Shown: piece after piece, positions 35,487 to 48,939 of the stretch | How the letters are laid out: each line of letters begins with the position of its first letter | Position numbering within the stretch: position 1 is the first letter of the stretch | DNA from: Chiloscyllium plagiosum | Taxonomy: Eukaryota | Length of the DNA stretch: 64,000 bases | Assembly (NCBI RefSeq): GCF_004010195.1 | Contig: NC_057752.1 | Span: 14,475,355-14,539,354 of the forward strand | Reading direction: 5' to 3' | Position numbers and translations under genes: made by a program | Notes under the pieces: model-generated | Databases searched by the model: none | Seen by the model: the letters and a program-made list of their open reading frames with translations, nothing else | What the model was told of the DNA's origin: nothing

Positions 35487-35813
35487 GGGCGGCACGGTGG
35501 CTCAGTGGTTAGCACTGCTGCCTCGCAGCACCAGGGACCAGGGTTTGATTCCCGCCTCAGGTGACTGTCTGTGTGGAGTTTGCACATTTGCCGCATGTTT
35601 GCGCAGGTTTCCTCCAGGTGCTCTGGTTTCCTTCCACAGTCCAAAGATGTGCAGGTCTGGTTAATTGACCATGTTAAATTGCCCAGAGTGTTATGTACAT
35701 TAGTCAGGGGTAAATATAGGGGAATGGGTCTAGGTGGGTTACTCTTCGGAGGGTCGGTGTGGACTTGTTGGGCTGAAAGGCCTGTCTCCATACTGTAGGG
35801 AATCTAATCTAAT
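35487..35813 (+). mobile_element. tRNA-derived SINE (HE1/V-SINE type)
   Basis: GGGCGGCACGGTGGCTCAGTGG head to AATCT tail. Confidence 0.92.
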
Positions 35814-35949
35814 CATCAAAGCTGATCGGTAATCTGAGTGCAAATATCTCATGTTGGAAAGGTTTTGAATGATTCCAATGATTCAAGAGCAGGTGACAGC
35901 TCCTCCTGACCCCAGTGACACAGTGAGTTAATCACATTGCACTTTGTTA

Positions 35950-38310
35950 AGACTGTGAGACATAGGAGCCCAATTACACCATTCGGCCCATCAAGTCTGC
36001 TCCACCATTTGATCATGGCTGATGTATTTCTCAACCCCCATTTCTCTGCCTTCTCCCCATCGCCCTTGATCCCCTTACCAATGAAGAATCTATCTATCTC
36101 AGGCTTAAATATACTCCCTGACTTGGCCTCCACAGCTCTCTGCAGCAATGGGTCCCACAGATTCCCCACCCTTTGGCTGAAGAAATTCCTCCTTATCTCT
36201 GTTCTTAAGGGTTGTCCCTTCACTCTGAGACGGTGCCCTCGGGTCCTACTCTCTCCTCCGAGAGGAATCATCTTCTCCATGTCTATTCTATCCAGGTCTC
36301 TCAGTATTCTGTAAGTTTCAATCAGATCCCCCCCCTTCATCATTCCAAACCCCATCGAGTACAGACCCAGAGTCCCCAACCCCTCCTCATATGACAAGCC
36401 CCTCATCCCCAGGCTCATTCTTGTAAACCCCCTCCAAGGCCAGCACATCCTTCCTTAGATACAGGGCCCCAATACTGCTCACAATATTCCAAATATGGTC
36501 TGACAGGAGCCTTATACAGCCTCAGCAGTACATCTCTGCTCTTGTATCCTAGCCCTCGTGAAATGAATGCTGTCATTACATTTGCCTTCCCAACCTCCAA
36601 TTGAACTTGCATTTTAACCTGAAGGAAATCCTGAAATAGGACTCCCAAATCTCTTTGTGCTTCAGATTTCTGAAGACTTTCCCCATTTAGAAAATTGTCT
36701 ATTCTTCCCACCAAGTGCCTAACCTCACCCTTTCCCACATTGTATTCCATCTGCCACTTCTGTGCCCACTCCCCTAGCCTGTCCAAGTCCTTCTGCAGCC
36801 TCCCCACTTCCTCAACACTCCGTCCCTTCACCTACCCTTGTGTCATCTTCAAACTGAGCAACAATGCCCTCAGGTTCTTTTGCCCAAATCGTTAATGTAT
36901 AACTTAAAGACCATAAGACATAGGAGTAGAAATTAGGCCATTCGGCCCATCGTGTCTGCTCTGCCATTCAATCATGGCTGATAAGTTTTTCAACCCCATT
37001 CTCCTGCTTTCTCCCCGTAACCCTTGATCCCTTTGGTAATCAAGAACCTATCTATCTCTGTCTTAAATCTACTCAATGACCCGGCCCCACAGCCTTCTGT
37101 GGCTGTGAACTCCATAGATTCCCCACTCTCTGGCACATGTGAACCACCGCCTGTGTAAAAACAAATGCCTCTTCTGTCTGTTTTAAAGCTCTCTCTTCTC
37201 AGCTTAAAAATGTACTCCCAGCCTTGAAATTCCCCCACCTTAGGGAAAACAGGGGTGTTACATTAGCCATTTTCCAGTCCTCTGGGACCCTCCCTGACCC
37301 CAGTGATTCTTGGACGATCACCACCAATGCCTCCACAATCTCCTCAGCTCTCTCCTTCAGAACTCTGGGATGTAGTCCATCAGGTCTGAGTGATTTATCC
37401 ACCTTCAGCCTCCCCAGCACCTTCTCCTTAATGATGGCCACTGCACCCACCTCCGTCCCCTGACTCTCTTGAAGCTCTGGTATGCTGCTGGTGTCTCCCA
37501 CTGTGTAACCTGATACAAAATTCCTGTTCAGTTCCTCTTTGTTCCCCAGTGCTACGTCTCCAGCCTCATTCTCCAGGGGTCCAACATCCACTCTTGCCTC
37601 TCTCTTACCCTTTAGATATCGAAAAATACTCTTGCAATCTTCCGTTATATTATGAGCTAGCTTACTCTTAAATTTCATCTTCTTCCCCCTTATTGCTGTT
37701 TTTTTTAGTTATTCTCTGCTGGTTTTTAAAGTCTTCCCAATCCTCTGGCTTCCCACTAATCTTCACCACACTGTATGCGTTTTTCTTTTGCTTTTATGTT
37801 GCCCCTGACTTCCCTCGTCAGGCACGGCTGCCTCATCCTCCCCTTAGTCTGTTTCTTCTTCCTTGGGATGAATTTCTGCTGACTCTCCCGAATTACCCCA
37901 GAATCCCCTATCATTGCTGCTCCACTGTCTTCCCTGCTCGGCTGCCCTTCCAATTCAGCTCCTCCCTACTGTCTCTGTACTCCCATTACATCTGATTCCA
38001 GCTTCTCTCTCTCAAACTGCAGAGAGAATTCTATCGTATTATGGTCACTGTCCTCTAGGAGTTCCTTCACCTTAAGCTCCCTAATCAAGTCTGCCTCATT
38101 ACACCTCACCAAATCCAGAATTGTCTGTTCCCTCGTGGGCTCTATCACAAGCTTTTCGTAAGATCTGCTAGCAACCTGATTTTCCCAGTCCACTAGCACA
38201 TTGAAGCCCCCCATGATTATTATAACCATGCCTTTCTTACTTGCCTTTTCCGTTTCCTGATTTATTTTCTCCCCCATATCCTGACCCAGGCTCTGAGGCC
38301 TGTACACATC
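35950..38310 (-). mobile_element. CR1 fragments (endonuclease to 3' UTR, rearranged)
   Basis: YRPQ...MGGFN...ILDLV...SDHNTIEF; PDGLHPRVLKE; WQMEYNVGK; RRNFFSQRV. Confidence 0.88.
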
Positions 38311-38739
38311 ACGGCCTTCTTTGCCTTTACTGGAGTGTGTACATCCACGTTTGTGTGCATATAATTATGTCAGTTTAGTGATAAGGGGCGTATATCTATG
38401 TTTGTAGCCTGTGGTGGGGGGGGTGGGGGGTTTGGTTAGCTAAGTTGGTTGGATGTCTGGTTTGCAATGCAGAATGACAATTTGAGGTTACCATGGAAAC
38501 ACGTTCCTTCTCAACCTCTCCCCTCACCTGAGGCGTGGTGACCCTCAGGTTAAACCATCTCCAGTCATCTCTCCCCAGTGAGAGCGCCGTTCCCATTGTC
38601 CCGTCGGACCATGGTGACTTTCCATTTATCTGTGTGATTCCAATCAAAACTAATTAGGAAAACGACCAGGAGGGAAATCAGAAGTTTGTTTTTCCTACAC
38701 ACAGTTGTTAAGGTACCAAACGCACTACCTGGAGAGTGG

Positions 38740-39025
38740 AAGCTGTCCATTTGGCCCATCAAATCCACACCAACCCCCCCACCCAGGCCCTGTAAACCAG
38801 CATTGCCCATGGCTAATCCACCTAAACTGCTCAACAACCTTGAACATGACGAGGCAAATTCCCATGGCCAATCCACCATAACTTGCACACCTTGGGATCA
38901 TGGGAGGAAACTGGAGCACCCACAGGAAGCCCAAGCAGGCATGGGGAGAAGGTGCAAACTCCACACAGACAGTCGCCCAGGACCCTGGTGCCGTGAGGCA
39001 GCAGTGCCGACCTCTGAGCCAACTG
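38740..39025 (-). mobile_element. tRNA-derived SINE, degenerate
   Basis: Reverse complement of SINE head and body. Confidence 0.8.
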
Positions 39026-39847
39026 TGAATGTTGAAAAGGCGACTGGAGATGAACTTTGATCTTGATGGGGTCATGAGGTATATGCTAGGAGGGGGAACC
39101 AATTGGAATGCTCTTTTAAAGAGTGAGCAAAGACAAAAATGCACAGAGTGGGCTGCAGGCCTTGATGTGTGTGTGTGTGTGTGTGTGAGTGAGAGAGAGA
39201 GAGAGAGACAGTGCCTGTACGTGTGTCACTCTCTCTATGTATGTCTTGGTGCCTTTTCCCTCTTGCTCCAGTGGTTCAGTAATACAAATTGCAGTGTTGA
39301 TAACTGGGATGTGCACACTGAAACAAGATAGTGCCAGTGATCTGAGTTCCCAAAGCTGCAAGCTGACCCTGCTGAGTACGTACAACATTTTACACTTGTT
39401 CTGTGGCCGACCTCTGACCACCGTTCCACTGAGTGGAATCAAGAGTGAATTCCAATAAAGCAGTTGTCTTTCAGTAAAAGGGAAGCCAAAGAAGGTTACA
39501 GTGTAAACAAGATGGAGAGCAGCACGGGAGGGGAGGGAGAGGGAAACTGTCCAACCCCTTGGCAGGGAAATGGTTAAATGACAAAGCCCACATTTCCTGT
39601 GCTCAGAAGTGGCCGCAGCAGAAAGAAATGCTGTACGTCAGTCCCAACAGAGATACCATCTTCAATCTGAGCTCAGGGGCAAGCGATGGCTGGTTAGATC
39701 TGCAGATAAGAGATGCCATGAAAACAAAGGAAAGCGACAAAATGTGCTTGTGAGCCATGACCCCGTGCCACTGAAGAGGTAGAAGGTCATGGGAATGGAT
39801 CCAACTCCAGACAATGCAGCACAAAAATTCAAACTGAAGTTTCAAAA

Positions 39848-39978
39848 CAGTGCTGAGGGAGTGCCGCACTGTTGGAGGGTCAGTGCTGAGGGAGTGCTGC
39901 ACTGTTGGAGGGTCAGTACTGAGGGAGTGCTGCACTGTTGGAGGGTCAGTCCTGAGGGACTGCCGCTCTGTGGGAGGG
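39848..39978 (+). repeat. 33-bp minisatellite, 4 copies (CAGTGCTGAGGGAGTGCCGCACTGTTGGAGGGT)
   Basis: Units start at 39848, 39881, 39914, 39947. Confidence 0.92.
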
Positions 39979-41059
39979 AGCCTACTTTCAGGTGAATGGT
40001 CGGTTTGTAATGCTGCAGACCTCGTCATGTACCTTGTGGTACGCTGTGTTCGAGCAATGACTTAGCTCCAGTGTTGTGGGACATGACCTACCCTCATGAT
40101 CTCAGTGAAACTGATGGTCTGCTGGGAGATGGTCACATTCCTGTTCTGGGATATTGACTGTTTACCTAGATTTCAAGCATGACTTCACTCCAAATCTCAT
40201 TCCTGCGCTGTGAAGTGTTTGACGGTAAGCTGAGGTTGTCAAAATTGCTTCTGGAAGTCACCGATTTATTCATTCCTTCCCAACACACGACGTCTTCATC
40301 AAAGGAGAGCAATTCTGACCAGATGCCACCACCTGTTTGAAAAGCTCATTGGAGCATTGCATTTCGAAGCAGGAGGAGGCCATTCAGCCCTTCAGGCTTA
40401 AGAAGGTCGTGGCCGATCTCCACTTTCTGTTTGACTCCATAACCATCGACATCATCAGAGATCCATCTCACGCAGCCTTCAATAAGTCCAATTGGTCGCG
40501 GGCCAAAGTTCAAAGTATGCAGGACACATCAGAAGCCCCTTTGGCAACGGTACTCTTGTTGTTGTTTGACAAGCGTGCTTAAAAAGAGACTGTTAACAAA
40601 ACTGAGCAGGCAGGCGATGGGAAGATGCCTATAGGAAATGGTATTGGCTTGGGGGTAGCTGACAGAAGACAGACTAGTGAAGCTTGGCTTGTTACATTTG
40701 GAGTGGAAGAACAGGAGATTCGATCAAGCTGCTCAAGATCACAAATTGTTCCGTGAGAGTTTTTGGGAGAAATTCTTTCTGCTGGTAAAATGACTCTCTA
40801 GGTGCCGTTATCCTGTCAACTAGTCACCCTTTATTTACACACAGAGAGTCATTGACACTGACCCAGCTCCCTCCCAGCCTAAGGCTCCCTGATTGCACCA
40901 GATTAACAGCCCCAAACAGGGAACTCATATTCTGTGAGGTCTGCCTAGCTGATCACTACAGGCAATCACCGCGAAGACTGAAGCAAATTATTCTTCCCTC
41001 ACAACACTGTGGATGCCCCTATACTGCACTGACTATTGTAGGTGCAACACAAAAGCCAT

Positions 41060-41390
41060 TAGACAAAGTCTTTTCGCTGGGGTGGGGGAGTCCAGAACTA
41101 AAGAGCACAGGTTTAAGGTGAGAAGGGAAAGATTTAAAAGGGACCTAAAGGGCAACTTTTTCACACAGAGAGTGGTGCGTGTATGGAATGAGCTGCCAGA
41201 GGAAATGGTGGAGGCTGGTACAACTACAGCACTTAAAAGGCATCTGGGTGGGTACATGAATAGGAAGGGTTTAGGGGGAGATGGGCCAAATGCTGGCAAA
41301 TGGGACTGGATTGGGTTGGGATATCTGGTCGACATGGACAGATTGGACTGAAGGGTCTGTTTCCATGCTGTACATCTCTATGACTCTACA
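41060..41390 (+). mobile_element. CR1 3' end
   Basis: RDLKGNFFTQRVVRVWNELP; CTATGACT tail. Confidence 0.9.
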
Positions 41391-42274
41391 TAGTTCACTC
41401 CCCTCTTGATTCCCTTGTCAATCGGTAATCCATCTCCCCCAGCCTTCAAGGGAGCATATGGCACCTCAGTTTCACACACTTTAGAAACAGCAGAGCTCTC
41501 CTTCCAGTCTGGGCTGCTTGTCTGCTCAATGCACGGAATTGGGAGTTGACCAATGCGCAAGTGTCGCTAAGTGAGTGACAGCGCTCTGCTCTGCCGATAA
41601 TGCAGCTCAAGATCATTGGGAGTGACTAACCTTCCCAGCTACCACACTGCGAGTACACACAGTTTTCTAAAGACAGTTAGGAGTGGGGACCGATGTGGAA
41701 AAGGAATCGGTTGCAGATGCTCAGCTCAGCACAGAAACTGTCTCTAAAATTAGCTGCACGAGTAACTTACTGAAATGTTCCCTTGTGATCACAAATTAAT
41801 TTGGTCTTCCTTTTTCGGATCAAAAATAGACAGGAGTTATTGTAAGCAACAGCTTCTTCCTCAAAGTACTTCACTTCCTGAAGAAACGAACGTAGGAATT
41901 TGTTTTTGATCATGAGGACGGATGATTTGAATGCAGATGAAATGATGCTGTGAGCTGCTCCTGTCTCATGCAGGAGCGTGACCTAGAACATTGGACCGGG
42001 CACATTCCAGTGGATCTACACAGCATCTGCTTGGCTGAATCTATCCTTCCCTCTGCCTCGAATCCTAACACTGTATCCAAAATCTGACTAAATCTGACCC
42101 TCGAACTCCAGTCCCTTTGGAATGACTCTTTTGGGCTGTCCCCTTAGTTATACAGTCTGGAAATCGCTTGTAGAAATGGCAACGGATGTGAGATCAATTG
42201 TTAACTGAGACTGATATTCAAAGGCATGAAGGGATAAGTCGCAAATCAGCTCTGATCTGGGCGCACAGACAGTG

Positions 42275-43540
42275 TCATAGAATCAGACAGTACAGAGAAT
42301 GCCCTTCAGCTCATCGAGTTGGCATTGATCTATCTGCACTAATCCCGCTTTCCCCCACTAGGCCCCATAGCCTTGACACTTCAGGTTCTCATCCAAGTAC
42401 TTTTTAAAGTTTGTGAGGTTTACCCTCTCAACTACCCTCCCAGGCAGTGCCTTCCAGACTCCTACCACCCTCTGGGTGAAAGGAGTTTTCCTCAAATCCA
42501 CTCTAAACCTCCTTGCTTTCAATTTAAAATGATGCCCTAACTATTGACCCTTCGACTAAGAGGAACAGCTGCTTCCTATCCACCCTGCCCATGTTCCTCA
42601 TCATCTTATCCACTTCAAGCAGGTCCCCTCAGCCTTTTCAACTCTATAGAAAACAACCCAAGCTTGTCCAGTCTCTCGTCATCACTAAACTGCTCCATCC
42701 CAGGCAACATCCTGGTGAATCTCCTCTGCACCCCCATCAAGTGCTATCCCATCCTTCCTATAGTGTGGGGACCAGAACTGCACACAGTCCTCCAGGTGGG
42801 GCCTGACCAGAGTCCTGTACAGCTCCCACATCACCTCCCTGTCCTTATCATCTAAACCACGACTGATAAAAGCAAGCATCCTGGATGCCTTCTTAACCCT
42901 CCTATTAACCTGTACTGCCACCTTCAGGAATCTGTGGACCAGCACCCTAAAATCCCTCGGTTCCTCTCAGTGTCCTTGTGTCCTGACATTCATTGAGTAC
43001 TCCCTTGTCTGGTTTACTTCTTCCAAAGTGCATCACGTCACTTTTTCAGGGTTAAATTCCATCTGCCACTGATCTGCTCATCTGACCAATCAGTCTTTAT
43101 CCTCTTGTAACCTAACACCTTCTTCCTCACTATTAACCACCTGGCCAAACTTACTTATCATCTCCCCCCTCCCCACACATTCTCATCTATATCGTTTATA
43201 CATATCATGAACAATAAGGATACAATAAGACCCTGTGGTATGTCATGACACACTGGACTCCAGTCACACCATCAGCCTCCCTATCTCTGATCAGTAAGCC
43301 AATTTTGGAGCCAATTTGCCAAGTTACCCTGGATCCCAAGAGCTTTTAACTTCTTTATTAGTGTCCAGTGTGGGACCTTGTCAAAGACTTTGTTGAAATC
43401 CATATAAATTACTCTCACCAACACATCTGGTCACCTCCTCGAAAAATACAATCACATTTTTTTGGCATGACTCCCTGTCATAAAACCGTGCTGAATATCC
43501 CTGACCAAACCTTGCCTTTGTGAGTGGAGATTAATTCTCT
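42275..43540 (-). mobile_element. CR1 RT to 3' end, old copy
   Basis: MLAFISRG...[35 protein letters not shown]. Confidence 0.88.
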
Positions 43541-43759
43541 CCCATTGCTTTTATCAGACACTGTCTCGATTAGAAGAGCAGGGAGGTTATAATGGAGCTG
43601 TATAGAACAGCTGGAGTACAGTGTGAGGTTCTGGTCCCCACACTATAGGAAGGATATGATTGTACTGGAGGGAGATGCAGAGGAGATTCACCAGGATGTC
43701 AGTGAGAGCTTTCCCTAGGAGCTCCTTCTGAAGGAGCAATGTCAGCACAGAGTGAGAGT

Positions 43760-44468
43760 TATAGAGTCATAGAGCTGTACAGCACGGAAACAGACCCTTC
43801 GGTCCAGCTCGTCCATGCCGACCAGATATCCTAAATTCATCGAGTCCCATTTGCCAGCACTTGACCCATGTCCCTCAAAACTCTTCCCATTCATATACCC
43901 ATCCAGGCGTCTTTTAATTGTTATAATTGTACCAGACTCCACCATTTCCTCTGACAGCTCATTCCATACACACACTACCCTCTGCGTGTAAAAGTTGCCC
44001 CTTAGATCCTTTTTAAATCTTTCCCCTTTCACCCTAATCCTAAGCCCTTCAGTTCTGGACTCCCCCATCCCAGGGAAAAGACATTGTCGATTTACCCTAT
44101 CCATGCCCCTCGTGATTTTATAAACCTCTATAAGGTCACCCCTCAGCCTCTGACGCTCAAGGGGAAACAGCTCCAGCATATTCAGCCTCTCCCGATAGCT
44201 CAAACCCCCAACCCTGGCAACCTCCTTTCTGAATCATTTCTGAACCTTCTCAAGTTTAACACCATCCTTCCTATAGCAGGGAGACTAGAACTGAATGCAT
44301 TATTCCAAAAGTGGTCTCTCCAATGTCCTGTACAGCCGCAACATGACCTCCCAACTCCCATACAATACTCCACTGACCAATAAATGAAAGCATATCAAAC
44401 GCCTTCTTCACTATCCTATCTACCTGCGACTCTGCTTTCAAGGGACTATGAACCTGCACTCCAAGGTC
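43760..44468 (-). mobile_element. CR1 3' fragment
   Basis: RGDLIEVYKIT...KDLRGNFYTQRVV. Confidence 0.92.
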
Positions 44469-44644
44469 AGAGTTCGAGGCACAGAGGTTTAGAGAGGGAG
44501 GTCCAGAACTTAGGGTCTTAGTAGCTCAAAGACACCATCCCCAGTGGTGGAGCGATGAAAACCAGTGGCAGACAAGAGGCCAGAATCGATGGAGTGTGGA
44601 GATCTCAGAGGGATGCAGGGCTACAGGAGTTCTGACTTCCAATC

Positions 44645-44945
44645 AGTGGTTAGCACTGCTGCCTCACAGCGCCAGGGACCCGGGTTCGATCCCACCCTTG
44701 GGCAACTGTGTGTGTGGAATTTGCAAGTTCTCCCCATGTCTGCGTGGGTTTCCTCCGGGTGCTCTGGTTTCCTCCCACATTCCAAAGATAGGGTGGATTG
44801 GCCATACTAAATACCCATAGTCTCTAGGGATGTGAAGGTTGGATGAGTTAGCGACGGTGGTCATGGGGATAAGGGGGTGGGTGTGGGTGGGATGCTCTTT
44901 GGAGGGTCGGTGCAAACTCGATGGGCTGAATGGCTTGAAGGAATT
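44645..44945 (+). mobile_element. tRNA-derived SINE
   Basis: AGTGGTTAGCACTGCTGCCTCACAGC...GGGTTCGATCCC. Confidence 0.85.
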
Positions 44946-45249
44946 CTAAGTTCAGTGCTGGTTCTCTTAGCTTGACAACATTCAGTTTTATTTGTAAGCG
45001 GCAGGAATGCACTGACAGTGTCGCTGCTGCTGACGCTGGGCCTGTGATTAGGCGAGCGTCTGCCAGCCCTCTGGAACTGTCACGCCACCCACCACTCTGC
45101 CATCATTGGGCACCCAGATGTTTCCCGTTTGGACATTCCAGATGAAGCTGAAGCAAATGAGATGGGGTGAGTTCTCTGCTTCCACCCAACTGCAGCAAAA
45201 CAGAAATGTCAAGAGGCATTGCCTGGAAAAACACACTCCTGATATGACA

Positions 45250-45800
45250 GATAGAGTCATAGAGATGTACAGCATGGAAAAAGACCCTTCGGTCCAACTC
45301 GTCCATACCGACCAGATATCCCAACCCAATCTCATCCCACCTGCCAGCATTTGACACATATCCCTCTCAATTCTTCTTATTCATATGCCCATCCAAATGC
45401 CTCTTAAATGTTGCAATTTTACTAGCCTCCACGACTTCCTCTGGCAGCTCATTCCACACACGCACCACCCTCTGTGTGAAAACATTGCCCCTTAGGTCTC
45501 TTTATATCTTTCCCCTCTCACCCTGAACCTATGCCCTCTAGTTCTGGACTCCCCCAGCCCCAGGGAAAAGACTTTTTCTATTTATCCTATCCATGCCCCT
45601 CATAATTTTATAAATCTCTATAAGGTCACCCCTCAGCCTCCGATGCTCCAGGGAAAACAGCCTCAGCCTGTTCATCCTCTCCCTATAGCTCAAATCCTCC
45701 AACCCTAGCAACATCCTTGTAAATCTTTCCTGAACCCTTTCAAGTTTCACAACATCCATCCTGTAGTATGGAGACCAGAACTGCGCACAGTATTCCAAAA
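45250..45800 (-). mobile_element. CR1 3' fragment
   Basis: LEYCAQFWSPYYRMD...RGDLIEIYKIM. Confidence 0.92.
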
Positions 45801-46655
45801 TCCTTAGCACCCTGCAATAGGAACTCTGATGGTTGAGAGAGAGAGAGAGAAAGATGTCACAGTTTCCACAACCAGCTTCAGACCCCCCCACCCCCACCCC
45901 CCCAACAACTGAGATTTAAAAATTTTTTTTCTGATAAGAAAACTTACCTTGGAACAGCTGAGAGCTGGAGTGGAGCGGGCTGGAGGCCAGGAGTGACTGA
46001 CAGCTGAAGCAGAGTAGGGATGGTTGGTGGACGGGGTCTGGCACAGGCAGTCAGCAGCATGTGAGGCCGGTCTGATCACATGTGGCAGGCCCTCTGCTGA
46101 GCTACTGCAATGTAATGTTGACCAGGCCGCAATGTTTATCCTTTTAACTATCTTATTTCTAACTTGTACTATGAATCACTGTAAGGTAATGCAACTTCTT
46201 TTCTTTTTTATTCCTCTTTTTTGTACCTAGGTACTTTGTACCTAAGACACACCACAAGATGCAACATTGTAAACTTTTTACTGTACTCCTATACTTGAGT
46301 ACACGAGACAATAAAGGATATAATATTTAATCCGAACTGAAATAACACCCCAATTACCTAAAACCCTGGTTCTGAGTGAGTCTGACTTCACCTAGGCTGC
46401 TTCTATTGTTCTAACTTTATAAACAGCACTTAAAATAGTTGAATCTTTAACAGCTTTCTGTTTTAGTATTGCTGTAACAATCTTTACAACAACAAATTTA
46501 ATCAACGAAGAGTACAACAACACAAGAAATGAGGATAGGACGGAGAGATCAAAATCCTAACAATGGTCATTCAGATCAAAACAACAACTAATGATCTCAG
46601 GTGTCTATTAACAATCAACCAACCAAGGCATCAAAATTTGCTAATACTAATCTTC

Positions 46656-47040
46656 CCACCAGAACAATTCAGTCTCTCGCCTCAATTTTTTAGATCAGTA
46701 AATTGGAAAATGTGGAAAGTATGATCCCAAAGATTTCAAACAGCTTCAGGATTGGACACCAAATCAAATGTAGAACATGTTCTCTACTGAATGGGAAGGA
46801 CATCAGACCATGTCTTACACAGGCATCAGTTCAATGAGAAGCCAATTATATTTGACAACTGCCAAGCAACTTTGGATCAATATTTCACTTCAGGAACAAA
46901 TAAGACACTGGCAGGATCACACTTTGACAGCAGAAAACAACTTTCAGAATGGTGTGTAGGTCACTTTATTAATCACATGTATGCACTATTTGAACCATGC
47001 AACTTAGGACAAGAGGTCATTTGTGAGTTCATCATCATGG
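46656..47040 (+). pseudogene. Ty3/Gypsy gag relic
   Basis: One frame: PPEQFS...NWKMWKV*SQRFQTASGLDTK...VLY*MG...LDQYF...N...FDSRKQ...FINHMYALFEPCNLG, matching the Gypsy gag pattern W-W-RF-ASGL / LY-MG / D-YF / F-R-Q / FI-LY-L-E-C-G; two stops. Confidence 0.7.
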
Positions 47041-47049
47041 TCTCTCGTG

Positions 47050-47335
47050 AAGATGTTGGGAAGATGTTTCAATTGGTAAAGGGAAGATCTTTTAGAATGG
47101 AGATAAGGAGAAACTTCTTCAACCAGAGAGCGGTGAATCTATGGAATTCATTGCCACAGAAGGCTGTGGAGGCTGGGTCATTGAGTAGATTTAAGACTGA
47201 GATTGATAGGTTCTTGAGTATCAAGGGGAGCAAGGGAGAATGTGGGTGAGAAACTCATCAGCCACGATTGAATGGTGGAGCAGAATCAATGGGCTGAATG
47301 GCCTAATGTTTGCTCCTACGTCCTATGGTCTTATA
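47050..47335 (+). mobile_element. CR1 3' end
   Basis: EIRRNFFNQRAVNLWNSLPQKAVEAG. Confidence 0.88.
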
Positions 47336-47589
47336 AATCAGTTACTGAGCTGTTTCAATAAAGACAATGGAACTCTAAAATGGGCAGTTCAAAATCCACT
47401 CTGCAAAACTGCAGTTGGACTCAAACTGTTAACTCCATTCTTCTCTCCACAGATGCTGCTAAACCATCTGAGTTACTCCAGCACTTGTTTTATTGTTTCT
47501 TTTTCCAAATAGCAGTGAGTCGAAAATTGTCTAGAAGTATTACACACAAAACAAAGTTCTGTTTCACAGAATTGCGGTGTAGGAGGAAA

Positions 47590-48890
47590 AGCACAGCCGG
47601 TCAGGCAGCATCCAGGGAGAATCAACGTTTCGGGCACAAGCCCTTCATCAGGAATGAGGCTTGTGGGCCAAGGGGGCTGAGGGATAAATGGGAGGCGACT
47701 GGGGCTGGTAGGGCTCAAGGTAGCTGGGAATTAGATTTAGATGACTTACGGTGTGGAAACAGGCCCTTCGGCCCAACAAGTCCACACCGACCCGTCGAAG
47801 AGCAACCCACCCAGACCCATTCCCCTACATTTACCCCTTCACCTAACACAACGGGCAATTTACCATGACCAATTCACCTAACCTGCATATCTTTGGACTG
47901 TGGGAGGAAACCGGAGCACCCGGAGGAAACCCATGCAGACACGGGGGGAATGTGCAAATTCCACACAGAGAGTCGCCTGAGGTGGGAATTGAACCCAGGT
48001 CTCTGGCACTGTAAGGCACCAGTGCTAACCACTGTGCCACCGTTGATGAAGGTGGGGGAGAAGGTGATAGGTTGGAGAGGAGGGTGGAGTGGATAGATGG
48101 GAAAGGGGATGGACAGGTCAGGAGGGCAGTATCGAGTTGGAGGCTTGGGACTGGGATAAGGTCAGGTGGTAAGGGTTTGGCAATTGGACGCCTTACATCG
48201 ACGCCTGGAGGGAAGACGCCTCATCTCCCTCCTTGGGACCCTCCAACCACGCGGGATCGATGTGGATTTCACTAGTTTCCTCATTTCCCCTCCCCCCACC
48301 TTATCCAGTCCCAAGCCTCCAACTCGACACCGCCTTCTTGAACTGTCTTACCTGTTCATCTTCCTTCCCATCTATCCACTCCACCCTCCTCTCCAACCTA
48401 TCACCTTCTCCCCCACCTTCATCAATGGTGGCACAGTGGTTAGCACTGGTGCCTTACAGTGCCAGAGACCTGGGTTCAATTCCCACCTCAGGCGACTCTC
48501 TGTGTGGAATTTGCACATTCCCCCCGTGTCTGCATGGGTTTCCTCCGGGTGCTCCGGTTTCCTCCCACAGTCCAAAGATATGCAGGTTAGGTGAATTGGT
48601 CATGGTAAATTGCCCGTTGTGTTAGGTGAAGGGGTAAATGTAGGGGAATGGGTCTGGGTGGGTTGCTCTTCGACGGGTCGGTGTGGACTTGTTGGGCCGA
48701 AGGGCCTGTTTCCACACCGTAAGTCATCTAAATCTAATTCCCAGCTACCTTGAACCCTACCAGCCCCAGTCGCCTCCCATTTATCCCTCAGCCCCCTTGG
48801 CCCACAAGCCTCATTCCTGATGAAGGGCTTATGCCCGAAACGCCGACTCTCCTGTTCCTCGGATGCTGCCTGACCTGCTGTGCTTTTCCA
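47590..48890. repeat. Long inverted repeat of Penelope-like tails, each containing the same SINE
   Basis: Arms about 47626-48103 and 48365-48845; identical ORFs on opposite strands (47893 + and 48575 -). Confidence 0.93.
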
Positions 48891-48939
48891 GCGCCACTCT
48901 CTCGACTCTGATATCCAGCAGTCCTCACTTTCTCCCATG

